DNA of 32,000 bases from Bacillus subtilis subsp. subtilis str. 168 (GCF_000009045.1 NC_000964.3:1500001-1532000), one strand, 5' to 3'; numbered from the stretch's first letter, positions 8,334-17,729 are shown. The notes: generated by a model not told the origin, from the letters alone. Numbers and translations: made by a program.

Positions 8334-9241
8334 TTTACACTGTAACACTTAATCCATCTGTCGATTATATAGTTCACGTTGAAGATTTTACTGTAGGAGG
8401 CCTGAACCGTTCTTCGTATGATACCAAGTATCCAGGGGGCAAAGGCATCAACGTATCGAGACTGCTGAAAAGACACCATGTGGCGTCTAAAGCGCTCGGA
8501 TTCGTCGGCGGATTTACCGGAGAATATATCAAAACATTTTTACGGGAAGAAAACCTGGAAACAGCTTTTTCTGAAGTAAAAGGGGATACCCGTATCAATG
8601 TAAAGCTGAAAACGGGTGATGAAACTGAAATTAACGGGCAGGGACCGACAATTTCGGATGAAGATTTCAAAGCCTTTTTAGAACAGTTCCAATCTTTGCA
8701 AGAGGGAGATATCGTTGTTCTTGCAGGAAGCATTCCATCTTCACTCCCTCACGATACTTATGAAAAAATCGCAGAGGCCTGCAAACAGCAGAACGCACGA
8801 GTTGTTCTGGATATCTCAGGCGAGGCTCTTTTGAAAGCAACAGAAATGAAACCATTTTTGATGAAGCCAAATCATCATGAGCTTGGAGAAATGTTCGGCA
8901 CGGCCATTACATCTGTTGAGGAAGCCGTTCCTTATGGGAAAAAGCTTGTAGAACAAGGCGCTGAACATGTAATCGTATCAATGGCCGGAGACGGAGCGCT
9001 TCTGTTTACGAACGAAGCTGTTTATTTTGCTAACGTGCCAAAGGGGAAATTGGTAAACTCAGTCGGAGCAGGGGATTCCGTTGTTGCAGGTTTCCTTGCC
9101 GGAATTTCCAAACAGCTGCCGCTTGAAGAAGCATTCCGCTTAGGAGTTACTTCAGGCAGTGCTACCGCGTTCTCTGAAGAACTTGGAACAGAAGAATTTG
9201 TCCAGCAGCTTCTTCCTGAAGTTAAGGTCACACGTCTATAG
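8330..9241 (+). CDS. fruK: 1-phosphofructokinase (PfkB family)
   Basis: The ATG overlaps the fruR stop (ATGA 8330-8333). The 303-aa product has the PfkB motifs GGKGINV and GAGDSVVAGF. Confidence 0.95.
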   Translation: MIYTVTLNPSVDYIVHVEDFTVGGLNRSSYDTKYPGGKGINVSRLLKRHHVASKALGFVGGFTGEYIKTFLREENLETAFSEVKGDTRINVKLKTGDETEINGQGPTISDEDFKAFLEQFQSLQEGDIVVLAGSIPSSLPHDTYEKIAEACKQQNARVVLDISGEALLKATEMKPFLMKPNHHELGEMFGTAITSVEEAVPYGKKLVEQGAEHVIVSMAGDGALLFTNEAVYFANVPKGKLVNSVGAGDSVVAGFLAGISKQLPLEEAFRLGVTSGSATAFSEELGTEEFVQQLLPEVKVTRL

Positions 9242-9255
9242 AGGAGGAAACACAA

Positions 9256-11163
9256 GTGAAAATAACTGAGCTTTTAACGAAGCATACGATAAAGCTTAAT
9301 ATTGAGAGCAAAGAAAAAGAAAATGTTATTGACGAAATGGTCACTGTTCTTGATAAGGCTGGAAAGTTAAATGACCGACAAGCCTATAAAGAAGCCATTT
9401 TAAATCGCGAAAGCCAAAGCTCCACGGGTATCGGTGAAGGAATCGCTATCCCCCATGCGAAAACGGCAAGCGTTATCAACCCGGCGATCGCGTTCGGACG
9501 TTCAAAAGACGGCGTCGATTATGAATCATTAGACGGCCAGCCGGCTCACTTAGTGTTCATGATCGCGGCGACTGAAGGCGCAAACAACACTCACCTTGAA
9601 GCATTGTCAAGACTTTCAACGCTGTTAATGCGTGAAGAAATCCGTAAGCAGCTCCTTGAAGCTGAGTCTGAAGATGCCATCATCGACATTATTAATCAGC
9701 ACGATAAAGATGATGACGAAGAGGAAGAGGAAGAAGAAGCGGCACCAGCACCTGCCGGAAAAGGGAAAATTTTAGCGGTTACTGCATGCCCGACAGGTAT
9801 TGCCCATACATTCATGGCTGCGGATGCCCTTAAAGAAAAAGCGAAAGAGCTTGGTGTGGAAATTAAGGTCGAAACAAATGGGTCAAGCGGCATTAAGCAC
9901 AAGCTCACTGCCCAAGAAATCGAAGATGCACCTGCAATCATTGTCGCAGCGGACAAGCAGGTTGAAATGGAACGTTTTAAAGGCAAGCGCGTACTTCAAG
10001 TTCCTGTAACGGCGGGTATCAGACGTCCGCAAGAGCTTATCGAAAAAGCGATGAATCAAGATGCGCCGATTTATCAAGGCAGCGGCGGCGGTTCAGCAGC
10101 TTCAAATGATGATGAAGAAGCGAAAGGCAAGTCTGGAAGCGGTATCGGAAACACGTTTTATAAGCACCTGATGAGCGGTGTCAGCAACATGCTTCCGTTC
10201 GTAGTCGGCGGCGGTATTCTCGTTGCGATTTCATTCTTCTGGGGAATTCACTCTGCTGATCCGAATGATCCTAGCTACAACACGTTTGCAGCAGCATTAA
10301 ACTTTATCGGCGGCGACAATGCATTAAAACTCATTGTTGCAGTTCTGGCCGGTTTCATTGCGATGAGTATTGCAGATCGTCCTGGTTTTGCGCCTGGTAT
10401 GGTCGGCGGATTTATGGCAACTCAAGCGAATGCTGGATTCTTAGGCGGCTTAATTGCCGGATTCCTTGCCGGTTATGTCGTGATTTTACTGAAAAAAGTA
10501 TTTACGTTTATCCCTCAGTCACTTGATGGATTAAAACCTGTTTTGATTTACCCGCTGTTCGGTATTTTTATCACTGGCGTATTAATGCAATTTGTCGTCA
10601 ATACACCTGTAGCGGCATTTATGAATTTCTTAACAAACTGGCTTGAAAGCCTTGGTACTGGAAACCTTGTGTTAATGGGTATTATCTTGGGCGGCATGAT
10701 GGCGATCGATATGGGCGGTCCGCTTAATAAAGCAGCCTTTACGTTCGGTATCGCCATGATCGATGCAGGCAACTATGCGCCTCATGCAGCAATCATGGCC
10801 GGCGGTATGGTTCCTCCGCTTGGTATCGCACTTGCAACAACCATTTTCAGAAACAAATTCACTCAGCGTGACCGTGAAGCTGGTATTACATGCTATTTCA
10901 TGGGAGCTGCTTTCGTAACAGAGGGAGCGATCCCATTTGCTGCGGCTGATCCGCTTCGCGTCATACCAGCTGCTGTAGTCGGTGCAGCTGTTGCCGGCGG
11001 ATTAACTGAATTCTTCCGAGTAACGCTTCCGGCGCCTCATGGAGGAGTATTCGTAGCTTTCATTACAAACCATCCGATGCTTTACCTTTTAAGTATCGTG
11101 ATCGGTGCTGTCGTGATGGCAATTATCCTCGGTATCGTCAAAAAACCTGTTACAGAAAAATAA
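9256..11163 (+). CDS. fruA: PTS fructose-specific EIIABC
   Basis: GTG 9256 follows GAGGAGGA. EIIA carries GIAIPHAK, followed by an acidic/Ala-Pro linker. EIIB carries the active-site CPTGIAHT, followed by a Gly/Ser linker and a polytopic EIIC domain. Total 635 aa. Confidence 0.95.
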   Translation: MKITELLTKHTIKLNIESKEKENVIDEMVTVLDKAGKLNDRQAYKEAILNRESQSSTGIGEGIAIPHAKTASVINPAIAFGRSKDGVDYESLDGQPAHLVFMIAATEGANNTHLEALSRLSTLLMREEIRKQLLEAESEDAIIDIINQHDKDDDEEEEEEEAAPAPAGKGKILAVTACPTGIAHTFMAADALKEKAKELGVEIKVETNGSSGIKHKLTAQEIEDAPAIIVAADKQVEMERFKGKRVLQVPVTAGIRRPQELIEKAMNQDAPIYQGSGGGSAASNDDEEAKGKSGSGIGNTFYKHLMSGVSNMLPFVVGGGILVAISFFWGIHSADPNDPSYNTFAAALNFIGGDNALKLIVAVLAGFIAMSIADRPGFAPGMVGGFMATQANAGFLGGLIAGFLAGYVVILLKKVFTFIPQSLDGLKPVLIYPLFGIFITGVLMQFVVNTPVAAFMNFLTNWLESLGTGNLVLMGIILGGMMAIDMGGPLNKAAFTFGIAMIDAGNYAPHAAIMAGGMVPPLGIALATTIFRNKFTQRDREAGITCYFMGAAFVTEGAIPFAAADPLRVIPAAVVGAAVAGGLTEFFRVTLPAPHGGVFVAFITNHPMLYLLSIVIGAVVMAIILGIVKKPVTEK

Positions 11164-11170
11164 GAAAAAA

Positions 11171-11202
11171 AGCGTCCTTGGTTCGAAAGGACGCTTTTTC
11201 TT
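11171..11202 (+). terminator. rho-independent terminator after fruA
   Basis: AGCGTCCTT (11171-11179) pairs with AAGGACGCT (11187-11195), followed by TTTTTCTT. Confidence 0.9.
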
Positions 11203-11307
11203 ATCCGGCCGGCAGGGAGCGCGGTTAAGTTATGTATTTTATTCTTTTTTATGATAAAGTAAAAGAAGAGAAACAACTGACATAGCAATTGTCTAGGAGG
11301 AAACACT

Positions 11308-11889
11308 TTGACCGAGGAAAAAAATACGAATACTGAGAAAACGGCGAAGAAAAAAACCAATACGTACCTGGAATGGGGTAAAGCGATTGTCATCGCTGTT
11401 CTGCTGGCTCTCCTGATCCGTCACTTTTTGTTTGAACCGTATTTAGTTGAAGGTTCATCTATGTATCCCACATTACATGACGGAGAAAGGCTGTTTGTGA
11501 ATAAAACAGTCAACTATATCGGCGAGCTGAAGCGCGGAGATATCGTTATTATCAACGGTGAAACTTCTAAAATCCATTATGTAAAAAGATTGATCGGAAA
11601 GCCTGGAGAAACCGTTCAAATGAAGGATGACACGCTTTATATAAACGGTAAAAAAGTAGCCGAGCCTTACTTGTCTAAAAACAAGAAGGAAGCAGAAAAA
11701 CTTGGTGTCAGTCTGACAGGAGACTTTGGACCGGTTAAGGTTCCGAAAGGCAAATACTTTGTCATGGGAGATAACCGGCTGAATTCTATGGACAGCCGAA
11801 ACGGGCTGGGACTGATCGCGGAAGATCGAATTGTCGGCACATCGAAGTTTGTCTTTTTCCCGTTTAACGAAATGCGTCAAACAAAATAA
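11308..11889 (+). CDS. sipT: type I signal peptidase
   Basis: TTG 11308 follows AGGAGG. It has an N-terminal TM anchor and the conserved boxes SSMYPTL (catalytic Ser), YVKRLIG (catalytic Lys) and GDNRLNSMDSR. Total 193 aa. Confidence 0.93.
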   Translation: MTEEKNTNTEKTAKKKTNTYLEWGKAIVIAVLLALLIRHFLFEPYLVEGSSMYPTLHDGERLFVNKTVNYIGELKRGDIVIINGETSKIHYVKRLIGKPGETVQMKDDTLYINGKKVAEPYLSKNKKEAEKLGVSLTGDFGPVKVPKGKYFVMGDNRLNSMDSRNGLGLIAEDRIVGTSKFVFFPFNEMRQTK

Positions 11890-11925
11890 AAACGCCTTGC
11901 TGGCCTAGGACAGCAGGCGTTTTTA
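11890..11925. terminator. bidirectional terminator shared by sipT (+) and ykoA (-)
   Basis: AACGCCTTGCTG pairs with CAGCAGGCGTT (one bulge). The hairpin is flanked by an A-run upstream and a T-run downstream. Confidence 0.85.
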
Positions 11926-12192
11926 TTTTGAAAAAGAAGCGACCAATGCAATGCATAAAACCGTGATGAACACTGAACCGATAATAGCCAGCACACTGAA
12001 GAAAAGGTGAACCTGTTTGTTCTCTTTTCCGCGCTTTTCTAATAGCCGTTTAGAAAAAATGTGCGAAAATATGTAAATAAGGGCTATGCCTATATATAAG
12101 CCGATATCTTTGGCGGTAAAGCCTGTTACGGCAAGGTAAAAGCCCGTAAAAAAGATCAGTAAGCAATATTCAGTAAGTGTTAAAAGCCTCAA
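11923..12192 (-). CDS. ykoA: small membrane protein of unknown function (about 3 TM helices)
   Basis: The best start is TTG 12192, 5-6 nt after GGAGGA, giving 89 aa (MRLLTLTEYCLLIFF...). The 134-aa ORF-track version has no SD and runs into the ykpA promoter region. Confidence 0.75.
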   Translation of the reverse strand: MRLLTLTEYCLLIFFTGFYLAVTGFTAKDIGLYIGIALIYIFSHIFSKRLLEKRGKENKQVHLFFSVLAIIGSVFITVLCIALVASFSK

Positions 12193-12330
12193 CGTGTTCC
12201 TCCATGAGAGTGTGTAATTTTCCAGGCGGATGCATTCTCTCTCTTTAATTGTAACACAGCTGGCTGGTTTGGGTGTATAAGTGTTTTCTCTCTGTTTTAT
12301 CAGGGAATCATTTCTCTTGCCCTGCATTCA

Positions 12331-12339
12331 TGGTATACT
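12331..12339 (+). promoter_or_regulatory. candidate extended -10 promoter of ykpA
   Basis: TGgTATACT: TG at 12331-12332 and TATACT at 12334-12339. The -35 (TTTCTC) is weak. The predicted leader is about 27 nt, too short for an attenuator. Confidence 0.4.
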
Positions 12340-12372
12340 TTTATTGATGATAGACATGATGGAGGATAATAA

Positions 12373-13995
12373 ATGATTGCTGTAAATAATGTAAGCTTGC
12401 GGTTTGCGGATCGCAAGTTATTTGAAGATGTTAATATTAAATTTACCCCAGGCAACTGCTATGGGTTAATTGGTGCAAACGGTGCCGGTAAATCAACGTT
12501 TCTAAAGGTGCTGTCAGGCGAAATCGAGCCTCAGACAGGCGACGTGCATATGAGTCCTGGCGAGCGTCTTGCCGTCTTGAAGCAGAACCATTTTGAGTAC
12601 GAAGAGTATGAAGTGCTGAAAGTGGTCATTATGGGCCACAAACGCCTGTATGAAGTCATGCAGGAGAAAGACGCTATTTACATGAAGCCTGATTTCTCAG
12701 ATGAGGATGGGATTCGTGCTGCTGAGCTAGAAGGTGAATTCGCGGAACTGAACGGTTGGGAAGCGGAAAGTGAAGCTGCGATCCTGTTAAAAGGCCTTGG
12801 TATCTCAGAAGATCTGCACACAAAAAAGATGGCAGACCTCGGCGGTTCGGAGAAGGTAAAAGTTCTCTTGGCACAGGCATTATTCGGCAAGCCGGATGTT
12901 CTGCTGCTCGATGAGCCGACGAACCACCTGGACCTTCAGGCAATTCAGTGGCTTGAAGAGTTTCTGATTAACTTTGAAAACACAGTTATTGTCGTATCCC
13001 ATGACCGTCACTTTTTAAATAAAGTATGTACGCACATTGCCGACCTTGATTTTAACAAAATTCAAATCTATGTCGGAAACTATGATTTCTGGTACGAGTC
13101 AAGCCAGCTGGCGTTAAAGCTTTCTCAAGAAGCGAACAAGAAAAAAGAAGAGCAGATTAAACAGCTTCAAGAGTTTGTCGCTAGATTCAGCGCCAATGCG
13201 TCTAAATCTAAGCAGGCTACATCAAGAAAGAAACTTCTCGAAAAAATCACGCTGGATGATATTAAACCGTCTTCCCGCCGCTATCCTTATGTTAACTTCA
13301 CGCCGGAACGGGAAATCGGAAATGATGTTCTTCGCGTGGAAGGCTTAACAAAAACAATCGATGGCGTAAAGGTGCTTGACAATGTCAGCTTTATTATGAA
13401 TCGAGAAGATAAAATTGCTTTCACTGGCCGAAATGAACTTGCTGTTACTACGCTGTTTAAAATCATTTCCGGGGAAATGGAAGCTGACAGCGGAACGTTT
13501 AAATGGGGTGTTACCACATCTCAAGCGTATTTTCCAAAAGACAACAGCGAATATTTCGAAGGCAGTGATCTGAACCTTGTAGACTGGCTTCGCCAATATT
13601 CTCCGCACGACCAAAGTGAGAGCTTTTTACGCGGTTTCTTAGGACGCATGCTGTTCTCTGGAGAAGAAGTCCACAAAAAAGCAAATGTACTTTCCGGGGG
13701 AGAAAAGGTCCGCTGTATGCTGTCGAAAGCGATGCTTTCTGGCGCCAATATTTTAATTTTGGATGAGCCGACCAACCATTTAGACCTAGAGTCCATTACA
13801 GCGCTCAATAACGGCTTAATCAGCTTTAAAGGCGCTATGCTGTTTACTTCCCATGACCATCAGTTTGTGCAGACCATTGCCAACAGAATTATAGAAATTA
13901 CACCTAACGGCATCGTCGATAAGCAAATGAGCTATGACGAGTTCCTTGAAAATGCTGATGTGCAGAAAAAATTGACTGAACTATACGCCGAATAA
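12373..13995 (+). CDS. ykpA: ABC-F family ATPase (soluble, two NBDs, no TMD); ribosome-associated translation factor class
   Basis: GGAGGA SD, 540 aa. NBD1 has Walker A GANGAGKST and Walker B LLLDEPTNHLD. An inter-domain linker rich in K/E/Q follows. NBD2 has signature LSGGEKVR and Walker B LILDEPTNHLD. Confidence 0.93.
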   Translation: MIAVNNVSLRFADRKLFEDVNIKFTPGNCYGLIGANGAGKSTFLKVLSGEIEPQTGDVHMSPGERLAVLKQNHFEYEEYEVLKVVIMGHKRLYEVMQEKDAIYMKPDFSDEDGIRAAELEGEFAELNGWEAESEAAILLKGLGISEDLHTKKMADLGGSEKVKVLLAQALFGKPDVLLLDEPTNHLDLQAIQWLEEFLINFENTVIVVSHDRHFLNKVCTHIADLDFNKIQIYVGNYDFWYESSQLALKLSQEANKKKEEQIKQLQEFVARFSANASKSKQATSRKKLLEKITLDDIKPSSRRYPYVNFTPEREIGNDVLRVEGLTKTIDGVKVLDNVSFIMNREDKIAFTGRNELAVTTLFKIISGEMEADSGTFKWGVTTSQAYFPKDNSEYFEGSDLNLVDWLRQYSPHDQSESFLRGFLGRMLFSGEEVHKKANVLSGGEKVRCMLSKAMLSGANILILDEPTNHLDLESITALNNGLISFKGAMLFTSHDHQFVQTIANRIIEITPNGIVDKQMSYDEFLENADVQKKLTELYAE

Positions 13996-14023
13996 AAAAG
14001 CAGAGATTTCTCTGCTTTTTTTG
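13996..14023 (+). terminator. rho-independent terminator after ykpA
   Basis: AGCAGAGA (13999-14006) pairs with TCTCTGCT (14010-14017), followed by T7. Confidence 0.9.
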
Positions 14024-14051
14024 ATACCTAAATGTGAAAGGAGATCACAAC

Positions 14052-14963
14052 ATGAAATTTTTGGTTGTCGGAGCAGGTGGAGTAGGCGGGTATATTGGCG
14101 GACGGCTTTCGGAGAAAGGAAATGATGTGACATTTCTCGTGCGCCAAAAACGAGCTGAGCAGCTTAAAAAAACCGGGCTTGTCATCCATAGTGAAAAAGG
14201 GAATGTATCATTTCAGCCCGAACTAATCAGTGCCGGAGAAACAGGGCAATTTGATGTCGTTATCATTGCTTCTAAAGCATACTCGCTTGGTCAAGTGATA
14301 GAGGATGTCAAACCATTTATCCATCAAGAATCTGTCATTATCCCTTTTTTAAATGGGTACCGCCACTATGAGCAGCTATTTGCGGCATTTTCAAAAGAAC
14401 AGGTGCTGGGCGGCCTGTGTTTTATAGAAAGTGCTTTAGACAACAAAGGAGAAATTCATCATACGAGCGCATCGCATCGTTTTGTATTTGGAGAATGGAA
14501 CGGCGAGCGTACGGAGCGGATAAGAGCGCTTGAAGAGGCATTTTCAGGTGTGAAGGCTGAAGTCATCATTAGCGGGCATATCGAGAAGGACATTTGGAAA
14601 AAGTATCTCTTTATTGCAGCGCAAGCGGGGATCACAACGTTATTTCAACGACCGCTTGGCCCAATCCTCGCCACAGAAGCCGGACGTCACACGGCCCAAA
14701 CTCTTATTGGGGAAATTTGCACTGTTTTACGAAAAGAAGGTGTTCCGGCTGATCCGGCTCTTGAGGAAGAGAGCTTTCGTACGATGACCAGCATGTCTTA
14801 CCATATGAAGTCCTCCATGCTTCGGGATATGGAAAACGGCCAAACGACAGAAGGCGACCACCTGCATGGATTTTTGATTGAAAAAGCAAAACGTTTATCT
14901 CTCGCTGCACCAGTATTAGAAACCGTTTATGCGAATCTGCAAATGTATGAAGCAGAAAAATAA
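14052..14963 (+). CDS. ykpB: ketopantoate reductase (ApbA/PanE) family oxidoreductase
   Basis: ATG 14052 follows AAAGGAGA and gives 303 aa with an N-terminal Rossmann motif VVGAGGVGGYIGGRL. The upstream in-frame start at 14034 lacks an SD. Confidence 0.88.
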   Translation: MKFLVVGAGGVGGYIGGRLSEKGNDVTFLVRQKRAEQLKKTGLVIHSEKGNVSFQPELISAGETGQFDVVIIASKAYSLGQVIEDVKPFIHQESVIIPFLNGYRHYEQLFAAFSKEQVLGGLCFIESALDNKGEIHHTSASHRFVFGEWNGERTERIRALEEAFSGVKAEVIISGHIEKDIWKKYLFIAAQAGITTLFQRPLGPILATEAGRHTAQTLIGEICTVLRKEGVPADPALEEESFRTMTSMSYHMKSSMLRDMENGQTTEGDHLHGFLIEKAKRLSLAAPVLETVYANLQMYEAEK

Positions 14964-14992
14964 AAAAAGGAGGCGGAAAAGCCTCCTTTTAT
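14964..14992. terminator. bidirectional terminator shared by ykpB (+) and ampS (-)
   Basis: GGAGGC (14969-14974) pairs with GCCTCC (14981-14986). An A-run lies on the left and a T-run on the right. Confidence 0.85.
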
Positions 14993-14996
14993 TTAC

Positions 14997-16229
14997 TTAA
15001 AAAGCCCAATTTCCGTTTCTGAAGATAGGCTCTCTTTTCCCGTCTGCCGTAATTCCGTCAATATTCATATCCTTAGAACCGATCATAAAGTCCACGTGTG
15101 TAATGCTTTCATTTAGGCCTTCTTTGACAAGCTCTTCACGAGACATCTGCTTTCCGCCTTCAATATTAAAGGCATAGGCGCTTCCGATCGCCAAATGATT
15201 TGACGCGTTTTCATCAAACAGCGTGTTATAGAAAAGAATGTTTGATTGTGATATAGGCGAATCGTAAGGAACAAGTGCCACTTCACCTAAATAGTGAGAA
15301 CCTTCATCTGTTTCCACCAGTTCTTTTAAAATATCCTCACCTTTTTCAGCTTTAATGTCGACTATACGGCCATTTTCAAACGTCAGGGTGAAATTTTCAA
15401 TAATATTTCCGCCGTAGCTTAATGGTTTTGTGCTTGATACCACTCCGTCAACCCCGTCTTTTTGCGGCAGCGTGAACACTTCTTCTGTCGGCATATTGGC
15501 CATAAACTCATGGCCACTTTCATTCACGCTTCCCGCACCTGCCCAAACATGCTTCCTAGGCAGCTTAATTGTTAGATCAGTTCCTTCTGCTTGATAATGT
15601 AAGGCAGCGTAATGTCTCTCGTTCAAATGGTCAACTTTTTCATGAAGATTTTGGTCATGATTGATCCACGCCTGAACCGGGTTGTCTTCATTTACGCGCG
15701 TCGCTTTAAAAATTTCTTCCCACAGAAGGTGGATCGCTTCCTCCTCTGATTTGCCAGGAAACACCTTGTGAGCCCAGCCTGCTGATGCCGCACCTACGAC
15801 AGTCCAGCTGACTTTGTCTGATTGAATATATTGTCTGTATGTATGTAATGCTTTGCCTGCTGCTTTTTGGAATGCCGCAATCCGTTTGGAATCTATACCT
15901 TTTAGCAAGTCTGGGTTCGACGACACAACAGAAATGAAAGCAGCTCCATTTTTGGCAAGCTCTTCTCTGCCTTTTGCTTCCCATTCAGGATATTCTTCAA
16001 ATGCTTCAAACGGCGCAAGTTCGTATTTTAATTTGGCGACTTCGTCATCCTGCCAATTCACGGTGACGTTTTTTGCGCCCTTTTCATATGCGTGTTTTAC
16101 AATTAAACGGACAAAATCCCGAACGTCTGTTGAAGCATTTACGACTACATACTGGCCTTTTTGGACATTAACGCCGACTTCTACCGCCAGCTGTGCATAT
16201 GTATTTAATTTCTGTGAAAATGAATCCAT
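14997..16229 (-). CDS. ampS: M29-family (AmpS/PepS-type) aminopeptidase
   Basis: The 410-aa ORF has GGAGGAA 6 nt upstream of ATG 16229. The protein is recognised as the B. subtilis AmpS aminopeptidase. Confidence 0.93.
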   Translation of the reverse strand: MDSFSQKLNTYAQLAVEVGVNVQKGQYVVVNASTDVRDFVRLIVKHAYEKGAKNVTVNWQDDEVAKLKYELAPFEAFEEYPEWEAKGREELAKNGAAFISVVSSNPDLLKGIDSKRIAAFQKAAGKALHTYRQYIQSDKVSWTVVGAASAGWAHKVFPGKSEEEAIHLLWEEIFKATRVNEDNPVQAWINHDQNLHEKVDHLNERHYAALHYQAEGTDLTIKLPRKHVWAGAGSVNESGHEFMANMPTEEVFTLPQKDGVDGVVSSTKPLSYGGNIIENFTLTFENGRIVDIKAEKGEDILKELVETDEGSHYLGEVALVPYDSPISQSNILFYNTLFDENASNHLAIGSAYAFNIEGGKQMSREELVKEGLNESITHVDFMIGSKDMNIDGITADGKREPIFRNGNWAF

Positions 16230-16300
16230 GAATCATTCCTCCAAGCTTTTTTCTCATCATATCAAATATGATCCTATAAAGGAAAGAAGGAGCCCAAAGT

Positions 16301-16333
16301 GAAAAACCCAAAACGACACGTCTTGGGTTTTTT
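16301..16333 (-). terminator. rho-independent terminator after ykpC (end of the mreBH-ykpC unit)
   Basis: On the minus strand, CCCAAGACG pairs with CGTTTTGGG (9 bp including one G-U) and is followed by TTTTTC. The same position is an A-C mismatch on the plus strand, so the hairpin favours minus-strand function. Confidence 0.8.
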
Positions 16334-16338
16334 CAATA

Positions 16339-16473
16339 TTATGGATGATTCAGTTTTACAGTGCCGCCTGCAGGCGAATGGGGCATATTTGCCAAAGAAA
16401 TGCTCATGCCTCCAAGAATAATTCCGCTTAAAATGGCTGCGATCGCTACTCTTCTTCCTAAATCTCTTAGCAT
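16339..16473 (-). CDS. ykpC: 44-aa single-TM peptide of unknown function
   Basis: ATG 16473 is preceded by GGAGGAAACAG. The product is MLRDLGRRVAIAAILSGIILGGMSISLANMPHSPAGGTVKLNHP. Only this C-terminal part of the 87-aa ORF-track entry has an SD. Confidence 0.75.
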   Translation of the reverse strand: MLRDLGRRVAIAAILSGIILGGMSISLANMPHSPAGGTVKLNHP

Positions 16474-16573
16474 CTGTTTCCTCCTTAACGTTTCTCCATT
16501 TCCCACAATATGAAGGAAGTGAGGAAAAAAGAAGCAAGAAATTTGCCGCGTGTGAGAATTTTGCGGGTAAAGA

Positions 16574-17581
16574 CTATTTAATTGCCTTTTGCAGCTTATC
16601 AATCACTTCTAAAGAACGGCCTGTGCCGATTGCTACAGATTCAAGCGGGTTTTGCGCCACGTGTACAGGCACGACAATCTCTTCTGTGAGCCATTCTTTA
16701 ATTCCATTAAGGAGCGCGCCGCCGCCTGTTAAAATAACGCCGCGATCAACAATATCTCCGCTCAATTCAGGCGGACAGTCCTCAAGTGTCGCTCTGATGG
16801 CTTCAAGAATATGCAGGAGGGATTCACGCATTGCATCTTGAATTTCGTTGGATTGAAGCATAATGGTTTTTGGAAGACCTGTCACGAGGTCACGTCCCCG
16901 AATTTCCATTGCCTCTGGTATATGTTCAATCAGAGCATGGCCAATTTCCATTTTTACCTGCTCAGCTGTGCGTTCGCCGATCAGCAAATTGTATTTTTTA
17001 CGGACGAAAGAAACGATATCCTCATCAAGCTGGTCTCCGCCGATCCTGATAGAATGGCAGGAAACAACGCCACCGAAGGAAATAATAGCGACCTCTGTCG
17101 TCCCTCCGCCGATATCTACTACCACATTGGCAACCGGCTCATCAACCGGTAAATCCGCTCCGATGGCGGCTGCAACTGGCTCTTCGATTAAATGAACGTT
17201 TTTCGCGCCGCAATTTTTCACCGCATCACTGATGGCGCGGCGTTCTACTGCTGTTGAGCCTGATGGTGTGCAAACGACTACGTTCGGTTTTCTGAACGAC
17301 ATGCCGATGCTTTTTGCGGCTTTTTTCATAATGTGCTTTAGCAGGTCAGTTGTCATATCATAGTCTGCGATCACGCCATCTTTCATCGGTCTGACAGCGA
17401 CAATTTTTCCCGGTGTTTTACCGATCATGTTTTTCGCGTCAGCTCCGATTGCAAGCACTGCTTTTGTCGTCGTATCCACTGCGACAACAGATGGTTCATT
17501 TAGGATAATCCCTTTATTTTTGCTGTAAACAAGTATATTAGCTGTTCCTAAGTCAATCCCGATTTCAGTTGATTGAAACAT
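16574..17581 (-). CDS. mreBH: MreB-like actin homologue
   Basis: ATG 17581 gives 335 aa. Actin-fold phosphate and adenosine motifs [13 protein letters not shown] and [13 protein letters not shown] are present. An alternative TTG start lies at 17593. Confidence 0.93.
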
Positions 17582-17702
17582 GTTTTCACCCAATCTCTAT
17601 CCTAATTTAATATGATTCTACATTTAAAGTTTCTCAGAAATACTGCGATTTTTGGGGGTGTGCGTCGGTAAAGAAATGTTTTTGTAAAAAATCAAGGAAC
17701 TG

Positions 17703-17729
17703 TGTAACAGAAGTAATACATTTTTCGGT
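17703..17729 (+). promoter_or_regulatory. distal ECF-sigma-like motif upstream of abh
   Basis: TGTAAC (17703-17708), 17 nt, then CGGT (17726-17729). The -35 matches the sigma-X type, but the -10 is imperfect. Confidence 0.3.

Noticed and set aside
9709-9756. A GAT/GAA/GAG purine-rich run in fruA looks like a microsatellite and encodes DDDEEEEEEEAAPAPA. It gives a poly-Ser ORF on the opposite strand.
   Set aside because: It sits exactly at the EIIA-EIIB domain boundary and is a typical acidic/Ala-Pro PTS interdomain linker. It is in frame, with no evidence of slippage or an independent function.
11238-11291. Short ORFs lie in leaders. One is a 17-codon ORF upstream of sipT (ATG 11242). Another is a 25-codon ORF at 28113-28190 in the pdhA leader. 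A third is a 3-codon ATG-ACT-GTT-TAA at 28291.
   Set aside because: Each has a weak or absent SD or wrong spacing, and none is associated with an alternative RNA structure, so they are not distinguishable from chance in AT-rich spacers.
12193-12372. I looked for a ribosome-sensing attenuator or leader upstream of the ABC-F gene ykpA, by analogy with antibiotic-resistance ABC-F genes.
   Set aside because: The best promoter (TGgTATACT at 12331-12339) leaves a leader of only about 27 nt. No terminator or antiterminator hairpins or leader peptide lie between it and the start codon.
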